Positions 11,601-37,369 are shown, counted from the stretch's first letter. The stretch: 64,000 nt of DNA from Macrostomum hystrix (GCA_950097015.1 CATNEN010000029.1:5208001-5272000); one strand, 5' to 3'. Notes: generated by a model from the letters alone, not told the origin. Program-made: numbers and translations.

Positions 11601-14600
11601 TTTTTGTGCAAAATAGGAGTGGAATCTACCAAAATCCCCCCTATCTCGCAAGAGTTAAAGAAACCACCCAGGAAGCAGCCGATGTAACCGTAAATTGTGC
11701 GGAAACCGCCGAAGAATCACCCGAACCAGCGGCCCATGGGACAACCAGAGAATTATTTACGGGCGATTCCTCGTCGGTTTCTGAGCATGGAATCTTCCGA
11801 ACTGGAGGATTCTTTGGGTGATTCCATTTCGCCACCAAGAAGCACCGAGAAAACGCCCAGTTGGGTAGATTCTAAGCATGGAATCATCCGATTGTTATGT
11901 TTCCAGTGTTCGGCTGTTTCTTTTTCTGGAATAACCGCAGATTCCAACTGGAATCACCCAAAGAAACATCCATATCTTTTAGCGGGCTATAAGAAATCTA
12001 TCAGACCAAATAGCTTACCAGCACTGTTGAAGATATGACAGCCGCTAGCACAATCAGCCGCTGGTCAATACTGAATCTGTCAGACACAGCCTTGCGCACC
12101 TCCGAGTACTTGTCGTCGTGATTCAACAGTACGCCAAATCTAACCGGCTGGCGCTCGTCCAAGAAGAACACTGTTTGGAGGCGGTTGGTTGCGGATGACA
12201 GAGAACTGACAATTTTCATTGAACCTATCCAGATCCGTCCTGACCCATCTAGATCCGTCCTGACCTATCCAGATCCGTCCTGACCCATCTAGATCCGTCC
12301 TGACCTATCCAGATCCGTCCTGACCCATCTAGATCCGTCCTGACCTATCCAGATCCGTCCTGACCCATCTAGATCCGTCCTGACCCATGTAGATCCGTCC
12401 TGACCCATGAAGATCCGCTCTGACCCATCTAGATGTGTCCTGACCCATCTCGATCCGTAACTGACGCATTAAGGTCCGTCCTGACCCATCTAGATCCGTC
12501 CTGACCCATCAAGATTTGTCCTGACCCATCAAGATCGGTCCTGACCCATCTAGATTTGTCCTTACTCATCCAGATCTGCTCTGACCCATCTCGATCCGTA
12601 ACTGACGCATTAAGGTCCGTCCTGACCCATCAAGATCCGACCTGACCTATCTACATTTGTCCTGACCCATCTAGATTTGTCGTGACCCATCAAGATCCGT
12701 CCTCACCCATCTAGATTTGTCGTGACCCATCTAGATTTGTCCTCACTCATCAATATCCGTCCTGACCCATCTAGATCCGTCCTGACCCATCTAGATTTGT
12801 CCTCACTCATCAATATCCGTCCTGACCCATCTCGATCCGTCCTGACCCATTAAGATCCGTCCTGACCCATCAAGATACGTGATGACCCATCAAGATCCGT
12901 CCTGACCGTCCTGACCCATCTAGATTTGTCCTTACTCATCCAGATCTGCTCTGCCCCATCTAGATGCGTCTTGACCCATCTCGATCCGTCCTGACCCATC
13001 TCGATCCGTCCTGACCCATCAAAATATGTGATGACCCATCAAGATCTGTTCTGACCCATCCAGATTTGTCCTTACTCATCCAGATCTGCTCTGCCCCATC
13101 TAGATGCGTCTTGACCCATCTCGATCCGTCCTGACCCATCAAAATATGTGATGACCCATCAAAATCTGTTCTGACCCATCAGAGATTTGTCCTGACCCAT
13201 CTAGATTTGTCCTGACCCATCAAGACCTGTCCAGACCCATATAGATCTGATCTGCACTTTTCCATCTAGATGCGCCCTGACCCATCAAGACCAGTTCTGA
13301 CCCATCTAGGTCTTCTGTGACCAACCCTTATGTCCTTACTCACCCATGCAAAGAAAACTCACCAATAACTTCGATTAGCAGAGAGTTCTCTAGCGGCAGC
13401 GGCAGAGACAGCACTGAGAATGGATCAAATTTGACAGATGAGTTTGAGCACACCTTGCACTGAACCTCTGTGCGCAGTTGGCCATGAAAAAGATCTACAA
13501 TGATGCTCTGATTGCGGGCCAGGTGATTGTCCCAGCATTCGGCGGCCACCTCGTCATCTGGCCGACCGTCCGAGTCCTTTAGCTCAGTATAGGGCTTCTC
13601 CTTGACTCGGTTGAGATCTTCGTGAAGGCCGTCTAGTAAGAAGCTGAGAAATTCCTGCGAGTCGTGCTGCTGATTGCCAGAGAATCGGCGCGAGTACCTG
13701 GCTATGGTCATCTGAAATTGAGTTTAGCCAGAATTAATTACGAACTTTACTTCTGAATTACTACATACTGTTCTCAATTGCTCTCAATACTGTTCTCAAT
13801 TTACCCATAATGTTCTCAATCGACCCATACTGTTCTCAATTAACCCATAATGTTCTCAATTGACCCATACTGTTCTCAATTGACCCATAACTGTTCTCAA
13901 TTGACCCATACTGTTCAATTGACCCATAACTGTTCTCAATTGACTCATACTGTTCTCAATTGACCCATACTGTTCTCAATTGACTCATACTGTTCTCAAT
14001 TGACCCATAACTGTTCTCAATTGAATCATACTGTTCTCAATTGACTCATACTGTTCTCAATTGACCCATACTGTTCTCAATTGACTCATACTGTTCTCAA
14101 TTGACTCATACTGTTCTCAATTGACTCATACTGTTCTCAATTGACCCATACTGTTCTCAATTGACTCATACTGTTCTCAATTGACCCATACTGTTCTCAA
14201 TTGACTCATACTGTTCTCAATTGACCCATACTGTTCTCAATTGACTCATACTGTTCTCAATTGACCCATAACTGTTCTCAATTGACCCATACTGTTCTCA
14301 ATTGACTCATACTGTTCTCAATTGACTCATACTGTTCTCAATTGACCCATACTGTTCTCAATTGACTCATACTGTTCTCAATTGACCCATAACTGTTCTC
14401 AATTGACCCATACTGTTCTCAATTGACTCATACTGTTCTCAATTGACTCATACTGTTCTCAATTGACCCATACTGTTCTCAATTGACTCATACTGTTCTC
14501 AATTGACTCATACTGTTCTCAATTGACTCATACTGTTCTCAATTGACCCATACTGTTCTCAATTGACCCATACTGTTCTCAATTGACTCATACTGTTCTC

Positions 14601-17600
14601 AATTGACCCATACTGTTCTCAATTGACTCATACTGTTCTCAATTGACCCACACAAACAATTGACTTCAATACAATTAAGTTTCCCTCAGATTTCTATTGT
14701 CAATAGTAGGCCAGCAGCTACTCAAATCAGAAAGCCAGCCAAACCAAACTCACCCGCAGTTTGAGCGGGGCCACGACTGACGCATTGCCGTTCCACATGT
14801 CTTTGATGAGCTCGGCGTACCGCTCCGCCATGTGGCCCTTCATGCCCATGGGATTTGAACTGCAGAGTAAAATGATATTTTAAGGGACTTTTGATTGGGA
14901 GATATTCGAGATTTACGGGTTAGATAGCACGTGTACTAATAAATCACAAAATAGTAATAGGCCAGATAATACAGTAGTATGTAGTGCAGCTCAATTAGGC
15001 ACTCACCGGTTAAGCTCGTACAGGTGCAGGCCATTCTGAAAATAGGCTGTAAGCGTAGGCGTATTGCTAACGCACTGCAGAGCCGAATTTAGAAAGCAGG
15101 TATTGCCCAGATTATTGAGGCCCGTGACGCCGCGCATCATTGAATCGCGCCGACGAACAAGAGACCGACTCTTGGCTAGCTCGGCCAGCTCCTCTGGCCA
15201 GGTGAGGTCCCGATTGCGAACCTCGAACAGCAGGCAGCCGCCACTGTTCGGCAGGCCGATCTCCTCTAGACAGGCGCCCTCAGATTCCAACGGCTCCAAC
15301 TGATGGCCGTCATCCAGGACGCGCCATAGACGGAAGTTTTCCTTGGGGACAGACATGCGCTGGCTGAAGAAGGTGTACAGCTGCCCGACGGTGTGCCGAC
15401 GGCTGAAGCAGGCCGAATGGCACAGAATTCGGCGAGGTATGGCAACGGCTGAAGTTGCGGCGTCAAGGCCTGCAACGGCGGAGCCTGAGGCCGATGAGGA
15501 AGACGACAAGGACGAGCCGCCGTGAACAACACCTGCGGCCGCAGCGGCGGCCATCGCGGCCGACATTGGCAATACGCCGGAGATGAAGCGTCCAACGCTG
15601 GCCGCCCTGCCGACAGCTGACGAAGCGGAGCCGGGAGGCCCGCCTGGCGGAGGCGGCGACTGGTGCTTGAGGATGCCGACGGAGATAGGATAGAGCTCAA
15701 GGCCGCCGTAGTCGGTGACCAGGCGAGGCAGGGACGGCCCACCGCCGTACCAGGCCTGCAGGGCCCACCAGACCGGATCTGGCAGCATCTGGAAGTCCTC
15801 GCCAGGCCGCAGCGGTCCGCCGTCGGAAGCGCGCCGCAGTAGGCCACCCTCGTTGGTGAGGGTGAGCGGCCGGCCAGGACAGGGCGCCAGCAGGGGGGCA
15901 TTGTTGATGGCACCCGGTTTCTGCGGCGGAGCCTTGCTAGCAGCCGAAGCTGACGATGACAGATAGGATCCGCCGCCGATGGAGTTGGCGCCGAGACTGC
16001 TAATTGACGAAGTCTTCTGGTGACGCCGCGGCTGCAGAGTCTGGGACTGCGGCTGCTGCAGCTGCAGCTGATAGTGATGATGCTGCGGTGCATCGGCATC
16101 GAAGCTGACGTATTGCTGCCAGGCGGCCCACCAGGCGGGGTGCACCAGGAACCAGTTGTCGCCGGGCTTCAGGCCGCGCCTTCGCTCCCTATTAACCCAT
16201 TCGTAGACTATGCGCTGCTCGTCCTGGCGGTACTGCGGCCGAAGTCCCAGCACAATGTGGCACACCTTTGCAAGGAGCGCGAGTTATTATCGATGTCGAT
16301 CACTCGAAAACAGGCGCTCAAACTCAAGAGAAATTTAAACACCCGGCAAGATTCTAACTTTCTTTCACCTACCTGGTACATGAGTCGCATCAGGGCCTCC
16401 CAAAGCGAGTTGCTAAGCGACCACATTAGGTATTCCTCGGTGCTGACTAGCAACTCTTCGCCGTGCAATTGCAGCAGCTCGCTGGCTACCTGATCAACCA
16501 AATCGGCGTCCACCGCGGACGAAGCGGAGGCTCCGCCATTGACGGCTGACGGCAAAGACGAGGAGACAGACGGGGCAGTGGTTGGCAATGTTGAGCAGTC
16601 GTCAACGCTGGTTTGACTCTGGGCTAGAACAAAGGCGCTAACCATGCGACGAACGTCGTGCTTATCTAAGTAGCCGTCCCGGTCACGATCGAATACTTTG
16701 AAGCAGACTGGCATAAATATCGATTAGATACGTGGGGCGCTTCATTAGACTTTATTCATATACCTTATTACCTTAGCTAACTTTTGTTCTTCTGTTTGCT
16801 TATCTTGTCGATTGTTATCACTCTTATCCATTGTTATCCACCTAGCCCATTGTTATTAAGCTTGTTCATTGTTATCTCTATTGTCTATTGTTATCTCCAT
16901 TGTCCATTGTTATCTCTATTGTCCATTGTTACCCCCTTTGTCTATTGTTATCTCCGTTGTCCATTGTTATCTCTATTGTCCATTGTTACCCCTTTTGTCT
17001 ATTGTTATCTCCATTGTCCATTGTTATCTCTATTGTCAATTGTTATCAATCTTGTTCATTGTAATCACCATTGTTATCTCTAATGTCCATTGTTATCCAT
17101 CGTGTCGATTGTTATCTCTATTGCCAATTGTTATTTATTTTGTCAATTAGTATCCCTCTTGTGACTTTTTATTATCTCTCTTGTCAATTGCTATCGACCT
17201 GGTCCATTGTCATCTCTAGTGTTTGTTATTATCCATCTGGTCCAGTGTTATCTATCTGGTATTTCTATCAGTTCTGGTCCATAGTTCCTATAGCATGGAG
17301 ACTTAATACTTCACAAAAAACTGCTAATTACATTTCTGCCGCTCCGTGATGGGACCCCGGCAGCAGGCGGAGATGCCGCAGGACATCTCTTTGAAATCAA
17401 TATGATCGTCATTGTTCTCGTCGAACGCGGCAAAGAAGCCATCAACAACGTTGTCGGGTATTGGCGGCGACACTAGACGTCGAAATGTAGTGAGATCGAA
17501 GCGACCCGACTGGGAGAGACCCTTGAGGTACCAGTACCTCTTCTCCAGCTCGATAATATCCTTCTCGTCAACTGGGTTTGGAAATCGTTAATAAAAAAGC

Positions 17601-20534
17601 GAGATCTATAAATCTATACTTGCGCAACAGCAGCACAGCACAATGGGCACTCACGGTGAGTCACACCGGCCAAAATCTGATAGAAACTCAACGCTTCGGA
17701 ATCGTCCGACAGTCTGACAACGCACGGATCCTTCAATAGCCAAGTTGAGAATGCTGTCACACACGGATGCTCAAGTAGCCATTTAGTAAACTGCTCAAGA
17801 TTGGCTTTATCGCGCAGTTTAAATAATTCCTGCAGCTCTGGAGGCGACCGACCGTCTGTATCAAGGATGTGCGCCTCCAGCTGAGCCTTGTCAACATGCG
17901 TCCCGGCCTCGTTGCTATAGACGCAGAACAGAACTGCGAAATGGTGACGGATGGGTTAGTTGCAGAGTAGTCTAACGCTTTTGCCTCTCGCACCAAGTAC
18001 CCTGAGCTCGATTCGGCGGCAAGGCGACATTCATTTGGTACACTGCCTGACGATGAGAAAGTCAGGCAGATTTACAAACTTGTTTGAGCGTGTGCCTGCG
18101 CACAGAATCTGTGTGCGTGTGTGCTCGAGAGTCAGGAGGCTGCGAGTCCCCAAACGGTTGTGTTTGCAGCATCCATGAAGAAGATCAATTTTTATTAACG
18201 GCTCTATTATCAGGAGTGGAAATTTGGGTGGGCGGGTCTCGCGCCCGGCCCAAAAGTTTATGGACTGAATAGCTGTACACAGCCCGTGACAGCTACTAGC
18301 ATTTAAAACCATTTAACTGACAAAAATACAAACATGAGCCCAGCATGAAACTCACAGCGAGTCTTCTCAGCCTGCTTGCCCCTGGTTAGCAGCACAAGGC
18401 CAACCAGCAAGTCCTTGAAGGTAAGCCCCGAACTGCTACTGGACAGGAAGCTGTAGATTTCCTGCAATTTTTTGTTACAATCAATAACAGTTAATCTCAT
18501 ATTAAATAAACAAAAATGGGGCGAAAAAATCTGGGTACAGTAACTTGCCTCGGCTAGCTTAGTTGGCACATTATCGCCTAGCACTTCTTTCATGAAGACC
18601 TTCTTGTTCATATAGTCATTAGCTGACATGGCTTTGAAGGCCTCGCGAAGCCGTTTGAGTTCAGATTCAGAAACTACATGGTTAAAGAGAATGCTTTGTA
18701 GGATATATAATAATTAACTTAACAAAATGCAGCTTATATAAAATTAAATAGCTATCATGAATTCTCGAATTAAAAATATGTACTAAACCAAAGACATGTT
18801 GATATAAAAAAATAGAACATTCATAATCTATTTTCTTTAAAATTTTTTATACATTATAATGAATACTATGCAAATACATATGATGTCTATGCATTTCAAT
18901 TTACATATGAAGTATATGGGAAAAAGCAAGACAAAATTTTCTTTTTTAGTAGCTATTTTGCAAACAACTTACTATATTAGACAAAAAATAAACTTTTAAA
19001 TGGTAAAAAGTTAAAGCAGAATTACTTGAAAGTTTTAGGACAATAAAGACTAGACAGTGGACACAAAAAATTCTGTAACAATCATATAATCACATGTAAC
19101 AGTCACTGTACAATACATATAACAATCAAAATGGGATGAGATGAGATGAGATAATTGCCTTGAAAGTTTAAATCCAATACAATACCTTTTATGAACACTT
19201 TCAGATATATATTTGTCATAGTCTGGAAAGTGGCCTTCATTGGCTGTTGGCATACATTTGTAAAAGCAAATCAAGTTTGCATACAAACCAGTTTCAACCT
19301 GGTGTGTATAGACATAATAGCTCTAGTATAGACAGTAGTTAATGGCATACAATCTAAAAAATATAAATTTAAGTTCAGTGTAAAAGATGCCATGATCTAG
19401 ACTATGGCACATTTGTTAGTAGGTAGACATGTAGCTGAACTTAAAAGAGTAAAATTATAATTTCTTACCAACTGAAATGTATGGCTCCTAAATAATAATT
19501 TATATATAAGTTTAATAGTGCATGACAGGACTGAAAATGATTGCTAAAAATTAATAATAAAAATGAATACTAATAATTTACATTGCATCTTGCTTTCTCT
19601 ATCAAAACCCTATAAGGACTTCTTATCATTCCACATTTTAATAAAAACATGAAAAACTAAATTGTAGCTAAATAAAAATTGGATTTCTAAAAATAGTTTC
19701 AAGATATTAACTTAAAATCATCAATATGATTTTAAGAACATGTTAGTTGTATACCAAAAAGTTTCACACTATTGAATTAGAAAATCAATTATATCTTGTA
19801 CATGTTTTATTAACAACATAGTTTTTTACTAGCCAATCTGTTTAAACTTATATATAGGCCTAATAAACAAATTTATAATTTTAAACTTTATAATTTGTAA
19901 AATAACTTTCTTTCACTAATGTCAGTACTCTTTTTACTGAGTTCCCAATATCACTGTGTATTATACATGTAATTAATAAATAAATAAAAAATCTCTCACT
20001 TTAAAGGTATTACTTACAATAAAAGTAATCAGCATTCTTATCATATAGCTACTTGACTAATGTTGAAAAAATCTCAGATTCTAATGTTGTTAAATTCTCT
20101 GTGCCGAATCAAGGCAAAACAATATGATTACAGCAATTTCTACTACCTAGCAGCTTTGACTAAACTTTATAGGAAAAGCAATAGGCCCTACAGAAAAAGA
20201 AACTTTGTCTTTTTTTATCTTAACAACTGACATATATATAACCTGGACTTTACAAAGAGTAGCTTGCAGTCAGCAATCCACAAGAAAATTGCTACACTAG
20301 AAATGGTCATAATAAGGTGCTGTATTTGTACAGTTCGAGTCATGTATTAGCCTATGTATTTTCTTTCAGGCTGAATATCAGGCCAAAATGTATATTATAT
20401 TTTTTAATTACACTATAAATACTCCTCTAAAAGGTATAGTATATCTATATGGCCGTATAATGTTAATTACCTCGTTTCTCGGCATCCTCGTAGGATAGCG
20501 AAAGTATTTGTAGTTTTGTGTTTCTGTTGCCCAT
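8643..20534 (-). CDS. USP32: Ubiquitin carboxyl-terminal hydrolase 32 (EF-hands, DUSP, USP catalytic domain, C-terminal CaaX), about 1452 aa, 14 exons
   Basis: Exons (minus): 20471-20534, 18549-18673, 18356-18461, 17655-17933, 17332-17571, 16373-16707, 15007-16265, 14754-14859, 13363-13711, 12019-12170, 11057-11515, 10178-10483, 9697-10101, 8643-8816; total 4359 nt, all phases consistent. Motifs: [58 protein letters not shown], Cys box [50 protein letters not shown], His box [19 protein letters not shown], end CSLQ*. Confidence 0.96.
8830..9625. repeat. 20-bp purine-rich intronic minisatellite (GGGGATAATATTGGAGGAAT), degenerate toward 8830
   Basis: Fills the last USP32 intron (8817-9696). 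Confidence 0.93.
10530..10990. repeat. Intronic array of about 36-bp monomers, partly organised as a 72-bp dimer
   Basis: 24-aa periodic translation [24 protein letters not shown]; lies in USP32 intron 10484-11056. Confidence 0.9.
12222..13320. repeat. 20-bp intronic minisatellite (GATCCGTCCTGACCCATCTA), progressively degenerate
   Basis: Fills USP32 intron 12171-13362. Confidence 0.93.
13765..14650. repeat. 20-bp intronic minisatellite (TACTGTTCTCAATTGAC[C/T]CA), about 43 copies
   Basis: Unit read directly; contains the TCAATTGA palindrome; USP32 intron 13712-14753. Confidence 0.96.
16790..17280. repeat. Degenerate about 18-bp intronic repeat (TTGTCCATTGTTATCTCT-like)
   Basis: Recurrent CATTGTTATC motif in USP32 intron 16708-17331. 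Confidence 0.8.
17954..18205 (+). mobile_element. tRNA-derived SINE, copy A (diverged, internal deletion)
   Basis: Degenerate head GGTTAGTTGCAGAGTAGTCTAACGCTTTTGCCTCTCGC..GAGCTCGATTC; core TACACTGCCTGACGATGAGAAAGTCAGGCAG and GTGTGTGCTCGAGAGTCAG shared with the copies at 31.2 kb and 57.0 kb. Confidence 0.75.
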
Positions 20535-21615
20535 CGTGAGCAGAATTTTAACTTTTAAGATCTTTGATACTTAGGATAACATTTAAAGACTTAAAAAATA
20601 CTATATAACATATGGTTTACATAAGGTTTTTTCTACATGAGCAGGCCGAGCAACCGTGCGTGCCCAGCTCGTGTGATTAATTAACTATTTGTTCTAAAAA
20701 ATTAACATAAAAATCCACGGTTTAAAGTATTGTCGTTTGCTTTACAGGACACAATATTCTATTCCTGATTTAACAATATTAAAGCTTAGAAAAATAAAAC
20801 GAAAGCTTTTATTAATATAAATAATTGTAGTTTTATCATTTTTAGACACTGGTCCAAAAAGAAAGGAGAAAATATTGTTTAAAATAAGACTATCCGCCGG
20901 CTTTTCTGTACTAATTTGATCTTCATATTAGCTCTTAACCGTCTGACTCTATAAATTCCATCACGTGGACGGATACAAACTCGGATTCTTTCATTTCGTT
21001 ATAGTTATACATATAACTTAAACTGTCAAATTTATAACATCATAAACATAGTTATAAAACGGGAAGTAAAACCGACGGAACGTTTTATTTATGACTCCAA
21101 GGGCCACTAGGAGTAGACTCTTAGAGCTCGTATCACCATATGCTGTGTTATAGTCGGTAACGCTATACTGTAGAGGATCAGAACTCTAACATATTTTTGT
21201 GGGTAGCTCTCTAGCTTGCGAGCAGAAAGTTACACAACAAAACTCGCGCAACAAGTGGCTTCATCTAAGTCGCAACTGTGCGTCAGACTAAGGACCATAG
21301 ACGATAACTAAGCCAAGGGTTTGGGGAAACGATGGTCAAGTGGCCTGGCAAAGTACTGGCCGAAATCTTCGCTTTTAGGTCCGCTACAATATTATAGCGA
21401 GCAAGTAATTATGTTATGTACTGGTATCACTTTGAAATAGCCGCAAAAGCACATTTTCTAATTAAGTCCAACCATAGATAGTTGATGCTTACAGAAGTGA
21501 GAACAAAGCGGCTAAGCAAAACTTTTATTTGTCGTGAGCCGTCTGCGAAAATTAGATTTCAGCCGCAAAGAAAAGTCACCCCTATCAGTGATCTAGCTCG
21601 TACTATCATTTTAAA

Positions 21616-21993
21616 ATGAGCGCTAGAAAATCACACAGTGGCAAGCCCTACAAGTCGATACAGGCTAGGGAAGAGGCCTGGACACTAGAATTCACCTGTC
21701 CTTTAGAAGAATCGACCTTAATAGAGCGGCAGGCTTCATTGTCATCGATCGCTGCGACAGCCGTTAATCGGACGGTTGAACGTACTGCGGGGTCTGCTAT
21801 GCATCCAGCTGACTGCGTATCCATTGTTGCCGACGGGGCACAGAGCTGTCCGCCCCCAAGCATCGAGACCCAAAATGAGTGGCTGAAACCACCTTCAAGC
21901 TCGTCGCTAACTTCTACGACGCCTCCAATGTCGAGAAAACTCGGAGGTCGGAGCCCTCCGGCTTCTCCGACTGACAGTCCACCACCCTACTGA
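21616..21993 (+). CDS. Single-exon orphan ORF, 125 aa, Ser/Pro-rich, ending PPPY; uncertain
   Basis: ATG in AAAATG context; GC-richer than flanks; not repeat-derived. No recognised domain. Confidence 0.3.
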   Translation: MSARKSHSGKPYKSIQAREEAWTLEFTCPLEESTLIERQASLSSIAATAVNRTVERTAGSAMHPADCVSIVADGAQSCPPPSIETQNEWLKPPSSSSLTSTTPPMSRKLGGRSPPASPTDSPPPY

Positions 21994-22239
21994 ATTGGCC
22001 TACTTCTAGCACCGAGTGTATTACAAAAACCTGCAGAGAATTTACTTAACTAGGACACGAACGAAGTTTATTGATGAATTTGCGTTCACTTCATTTAAAT
22101 TTAGACGAACTTAACTTTTGCTTTGCCATTTTATTTTTTTTTTAATTAATAAATTAAGTTTCAACTGCTGGATTCCTGGCACGCGTTTTGTGTCCCTTCG
22201 TTTGTGTTAGTTTTATTTGTGTTTAGCTCACTTTCGATA

Positions 22240-23630
22240 GGATTTTGCTATCTCCAGGATTCTAAATCAGAGTATTTGCTAGCCATGATTATAAATCAGA
22301 GGATTTTGCTATCACCAGGATTCTAAATCAGAGGATTTGCTATCGATTCTAAATCAGAGGATTTTGCTATCTCCAGGATTCCAAATCAGAGGATTTGCTA
22401 TCGATTCTAAATCAGAGGATTTTGCTATCTCCAGGATTCCAAATCAGAGGATTTGCTAGCCCCATGATTCTAAACCAGAGGATTTGCTAGCCCCATGATT
22501 ATAAATCAGAGGATTTGCTATCTCCAGGATTCCAAATCAGAGAATTTGCTATCGATTCTAAATCAGAGGATTTGCTAGCTCCATGATTCTAAACCAGTGG
22601 ATTTGCTAGCTCCATGATTATAAATTAGAGGATTTTGCTATCTCCAGGATTCTAAATCATAGGATTTTGCCATCTCCAGGATTCTAAATTAGAGGATTTT
22701 GCCATCTCCAGGATTCTAAATCAGAGGATTTTGCTATCTCCAGGATTCTAAATTAGAGGATTTTGCTATCTCCAGGATTCTAAATCAGAGGATTTTGCTA
22801 TCTCCAGGATTCTAAATTAGAGGATTTTGCTATCTCCAGGATTCTAAATCAGAGGATTTTGCTATCTCCAGGATTCTAAATTAGAGGATTTTTCTATCTC
22901 CAGGATTCTAAATTAGAGGATTTTGCTATCTCCAGGATTCTAAATCAGAGGATTTTGCTATCTCCAGGATTCTAAATTAGAGGATTTTGCTATCTCCAGG
23001 ATTCTAAATTAGAGGATTTTTCTATCTCCAGGATTCTAAATTAGAGGATTTTGCTATCTCTAGGATTCTAAGTCAGAGGATTTTGCCATCTCCAGGATTC
23101 TAAATTAGAGGATTTTGCTATCTCCAGGATTCTAAATCATAGGATTTTGCCATCTCCAGGATTCTAAATCAGAGGATTTTGCTATCTCCAGGATTCTAAA
23201 TTAGAGGATTTTGCTATCTCCAGGATTCTAAATCAGAGGATTTTGCTATCTCCAGGATTCTAAATTAGAGGATTTTGCTATCTCCAGGATTCTAAATTAG
23301 AGGATTTTTCTATCTCCAGGATTCTAAATTAGAGGATTTTGCTATCTCTAGGATTCTAAATCAGAGGATTTTGCTATCTCCAGGATTCTAAATCAGAGGA
23401 TTTTGCTATCTCCAGGATTCTAAATCAGAGGATTTGCTAGCCCCATGATTCTAAATCAGAGGATTTTGCTATCTCCAGGATTCCAAATCAGAGGATTTTG
23501 TCGAGAAATTCCAGGATTCTAAATCAGAGGATTCGCTAGCCCCATGATTCTAAATCAGAGGATTTTGCTATCTCCAGGATTCTAAATTAGAGGATTTCGC
23601 TATCTCTAGGATTCTAAGTCAGAGGATTCA
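22240..23630. repeat. 32-bp minisatellite (GAGGATTTTGCTATCTCCAGGATTCTAAAT[C/T]A), about 42 copies
   Basis: Period 32 checked at 22741/22773; more degenerate at both ends. Confidence 0.96.
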
Positions 23631-24314
23631 CTATCCACTATTCGCTATTCATAAATTTTGAATTTGGTCACGTCACGTTTGACTTAGTACAATATATAGG
23701 CATAGCTTTGCTAGGTTAACTCTGTGACTTCATTGAGTCAATTTATCACACAATGCATACGTACTCGTATTTACTTTTCGTGCCGAATCCATGGACAAAA
23801 ATCTCCACCTAAAATATTTTCCCCACCAATTCCGATGTCAATAGCAAATTTAAGAAGGGTTCGGGACGGATGCTGGTTTCTAGATACAAAGCAAATAGAA
23901 TGAAGCAAAGATTTTGGCGGGGGGCGGTGTTTGGCCAGCAATACCTTTGTATTCTAATCCATTACTCAAAAAGGTTTATGCTGCAGTCTTTTTTGAAAGG
24001 GCCGGGGGTTGGACTGTAAGAAAGACGGGGAAGAGAAAATTCTTTTGATGCTGAAATGAAAAGCAGCGAAATTTTTCCCCGAATCCGACGTCCGGCTGGG
24101 TCGATGAGGCAGCTGCTGTTGCCTCTCTGGCGGCATCTTGATGTGAAGTGCAGGAACCGATGTAAATTTAGAACAGAATCTCTGCAGACAAGAGGGCAGA
24201 CGGATAGCCTATTCTGGCTGTGAGTAGCCAGATGGACAATAACAATCTTGTAATTTCTTACAAGCATGAGTAAAATATATTAATTCAGCAAAAATTTGAG
24301 ACAGTATAAATCAC

Positions 24315-24975
24315 CGATGAGATACAGTATAAGATACTGAATGAGATACAGTATGAGATACAGTATGAGATACAGGATGAGATACAGAATGAGATACGGA
24401 ATGAGATACGGAATGAGATACAGTATGAGATACAGGATGAGATACAGTATGAGATACAGAATGAGATACAGAATGAGATACAGGATGCAGGATGAGATAC
24501 AGTATGCGATACAGGATGAGATACAGAATGAGATACAGAATATTATACAGCATGAGATACAGTATGAGATACAAAATGAGATACAGTATGAGATACAGGA
24601 TGAGATACAGGATGAGATACAGGATGAGATACAAAATGAGATACAGAATGAGATACAGGATGAGATACAGAATGAGATACAGGATGAGATACAGAATGAG
24701 ATACAGGATGAGATACAGTATGAGATACAGGATGAGATACAGAATGAGATACAGTATGAGATACAGGATGAGAGACAGAATGAGATACAGAATGAGATAC
24801 AGAATGAGATACAGAATATTATACAGAATGAGATACAGTATGAGATGCAAAATGAGATACAGAATGAGATACAGAATATTATACAGAATGAGATACAGTA
24901 TGAGATACAAAATGAGATACAGTATGAGATACAGGATGAGATACAGGATGAGATACAGAATGAGATACATTATGA
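24315..24975. repeat. 12-bp minisatellite (GAGATACAG[A/G/T]AT)
   Basis: Unit read directly; source of the MRYR / ILYL / QNEI ORFs. Confidence 0.96.
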
Positions 24976-25182
24976 GACGAGGGATTGGTTAGTCAGACAG
25001 CCACTACTTACCAAGACCTCGCTGGCCAGCCATTGGACGATAGCGGCCCAGCCAATCAGAGGGCTAGTCTATCCGAGACTAATGGTGCAACACATCCACC
25101 CAGCTGCAGCTTGACCTCCCCAAGTCGTTCTCAAGAAATCATTCTGAAGAAATCGAGAATTTCAGTAATTTTTCGAGGCCAG

Positions 25183-37333
<12,151 letters not shown>

Positions 37334-37369
37334 GAGAGTGAAACACTAATAAGACTAATTCTGATTAAG

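Noticed and set aside
15064-16493. Overlapping antisense or alternative-frame ORFs on USP32 exons (also over the RasGRP, CEP170-like and ChaC exons)
   Set aside because: Expected shadows of GC-rich coding sequence; no independent motifs.
18043-18072. CTGACGA-tga-GAAA-GTC in the SINE core resembling a minimal hammerhead ribozyme
   Set aside because: There is no room for stem III, and the GTC site and GAAA are not conserved across the other two copies; a simple hairpin explains it.
23962-24267. 101-aa intergenic ORF, plus similar short ORFs at 19050, 26901, 33549, 38537, 38873, 44423-45358 and 59112
   Set aside because: No domain signal, AT-rich composition, no splice support.
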